DNA of 64,000 nucleotides. Origin: Trueperaceae bacterium. GTDB taxonomy: Bacteria; Deinococcota; Deinococci; Deinococcales; Trueperaceae. The position numbers were made by a program, and so were the translations under genes. Below, piece after piece: positions 63,934 through 64,000 of the stretch. The first letter of the stretch is position 1, and each line of letters opens with the position of its first letter. Location of the stretch: positions 512,001 to 576,000 of the forward strand of contig JAXHNB010000005.1 of NCBI GenBank assembly GCA_034520945.1, written 5' to 3'. The notes below the pieces were generated by a model, which searched no databases, was not told the origin of the DNA, and worked only from the letters and a program-made list of their open reading frames with translations.

Positions 63934-64000
63934 GTGCGCCCGGCAGGGCGCGTTCACTTGGAGGTGAGAGTCCTCTGCAGGCCCGGCAAGGGGAACTGCT
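63934..64000 (+). mobile_element. 5' end of a group IIC intron (truncated by the window end)
   Basis: Begins GTGCGCCCGGCA (GUGYG consensus), then GGAGGTGAGAGTCCTC (GNRA hairpin of domain I); 10 nt downstream of a terminator stem, the class IIC target preference. Confidence 0.8.

Overview
High-GC bacterial chromosome segment from Deinococcota, most like Trueperaceae. This is inferred from the pilMNOWQ-aroC operon, fused SecDF, compact IF2, a ~3,900-aa TamB-like protein, Thermus-type pilins and many leaderless genes with a TANNNT box 5-8 nt before the start codon. Most of the window is core housekeeping and envelope genes: aroC, pilM/N/O/W/Q, ftsH, dnaB, a PlsY-like/acyl-ACP-reductase-like fusion, prmA, rsmE, secDF, rimP-nusA-ylxR-infB, a class V aminotransferase, pheST, glmS, glgA, ctpA, an ABC transporter, pckA, tamB, acyP, trpC, an M16 peptidase pair, an Lpt-like trio, a CHASE4-GGDEF cyclase, rel, LMW-PTP and a fructosamine kinase. 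It ends in a lower-GC tandem pilin cassette followed by the 5' end of a group IIC intron inserted after a terminator. The most interesting signals are cis-regulatory and absent from, or obscured in, the ORF track. (1) A signal-peptide-bearing 122-aa ORF ending RRNLEGG* whose last codons can pair with the secDF Shine-Dalgarno: a candidate new SecDF-monitoring arrest peptide. (2) Two leaderless micro-ORF attenuators with terminator/antiterminator pairs: MTRPARTAAFAH* before pheS and MPQVSRASS* before the aminotransferase. (3) A glmS-ribozyme-like RNA whose core is split by an ~85-nt structured insert. Several genes carry single-base frameshifts that are probably long-read assembly errors. All calls come from reading the sequence; no searches or folding programs were run.
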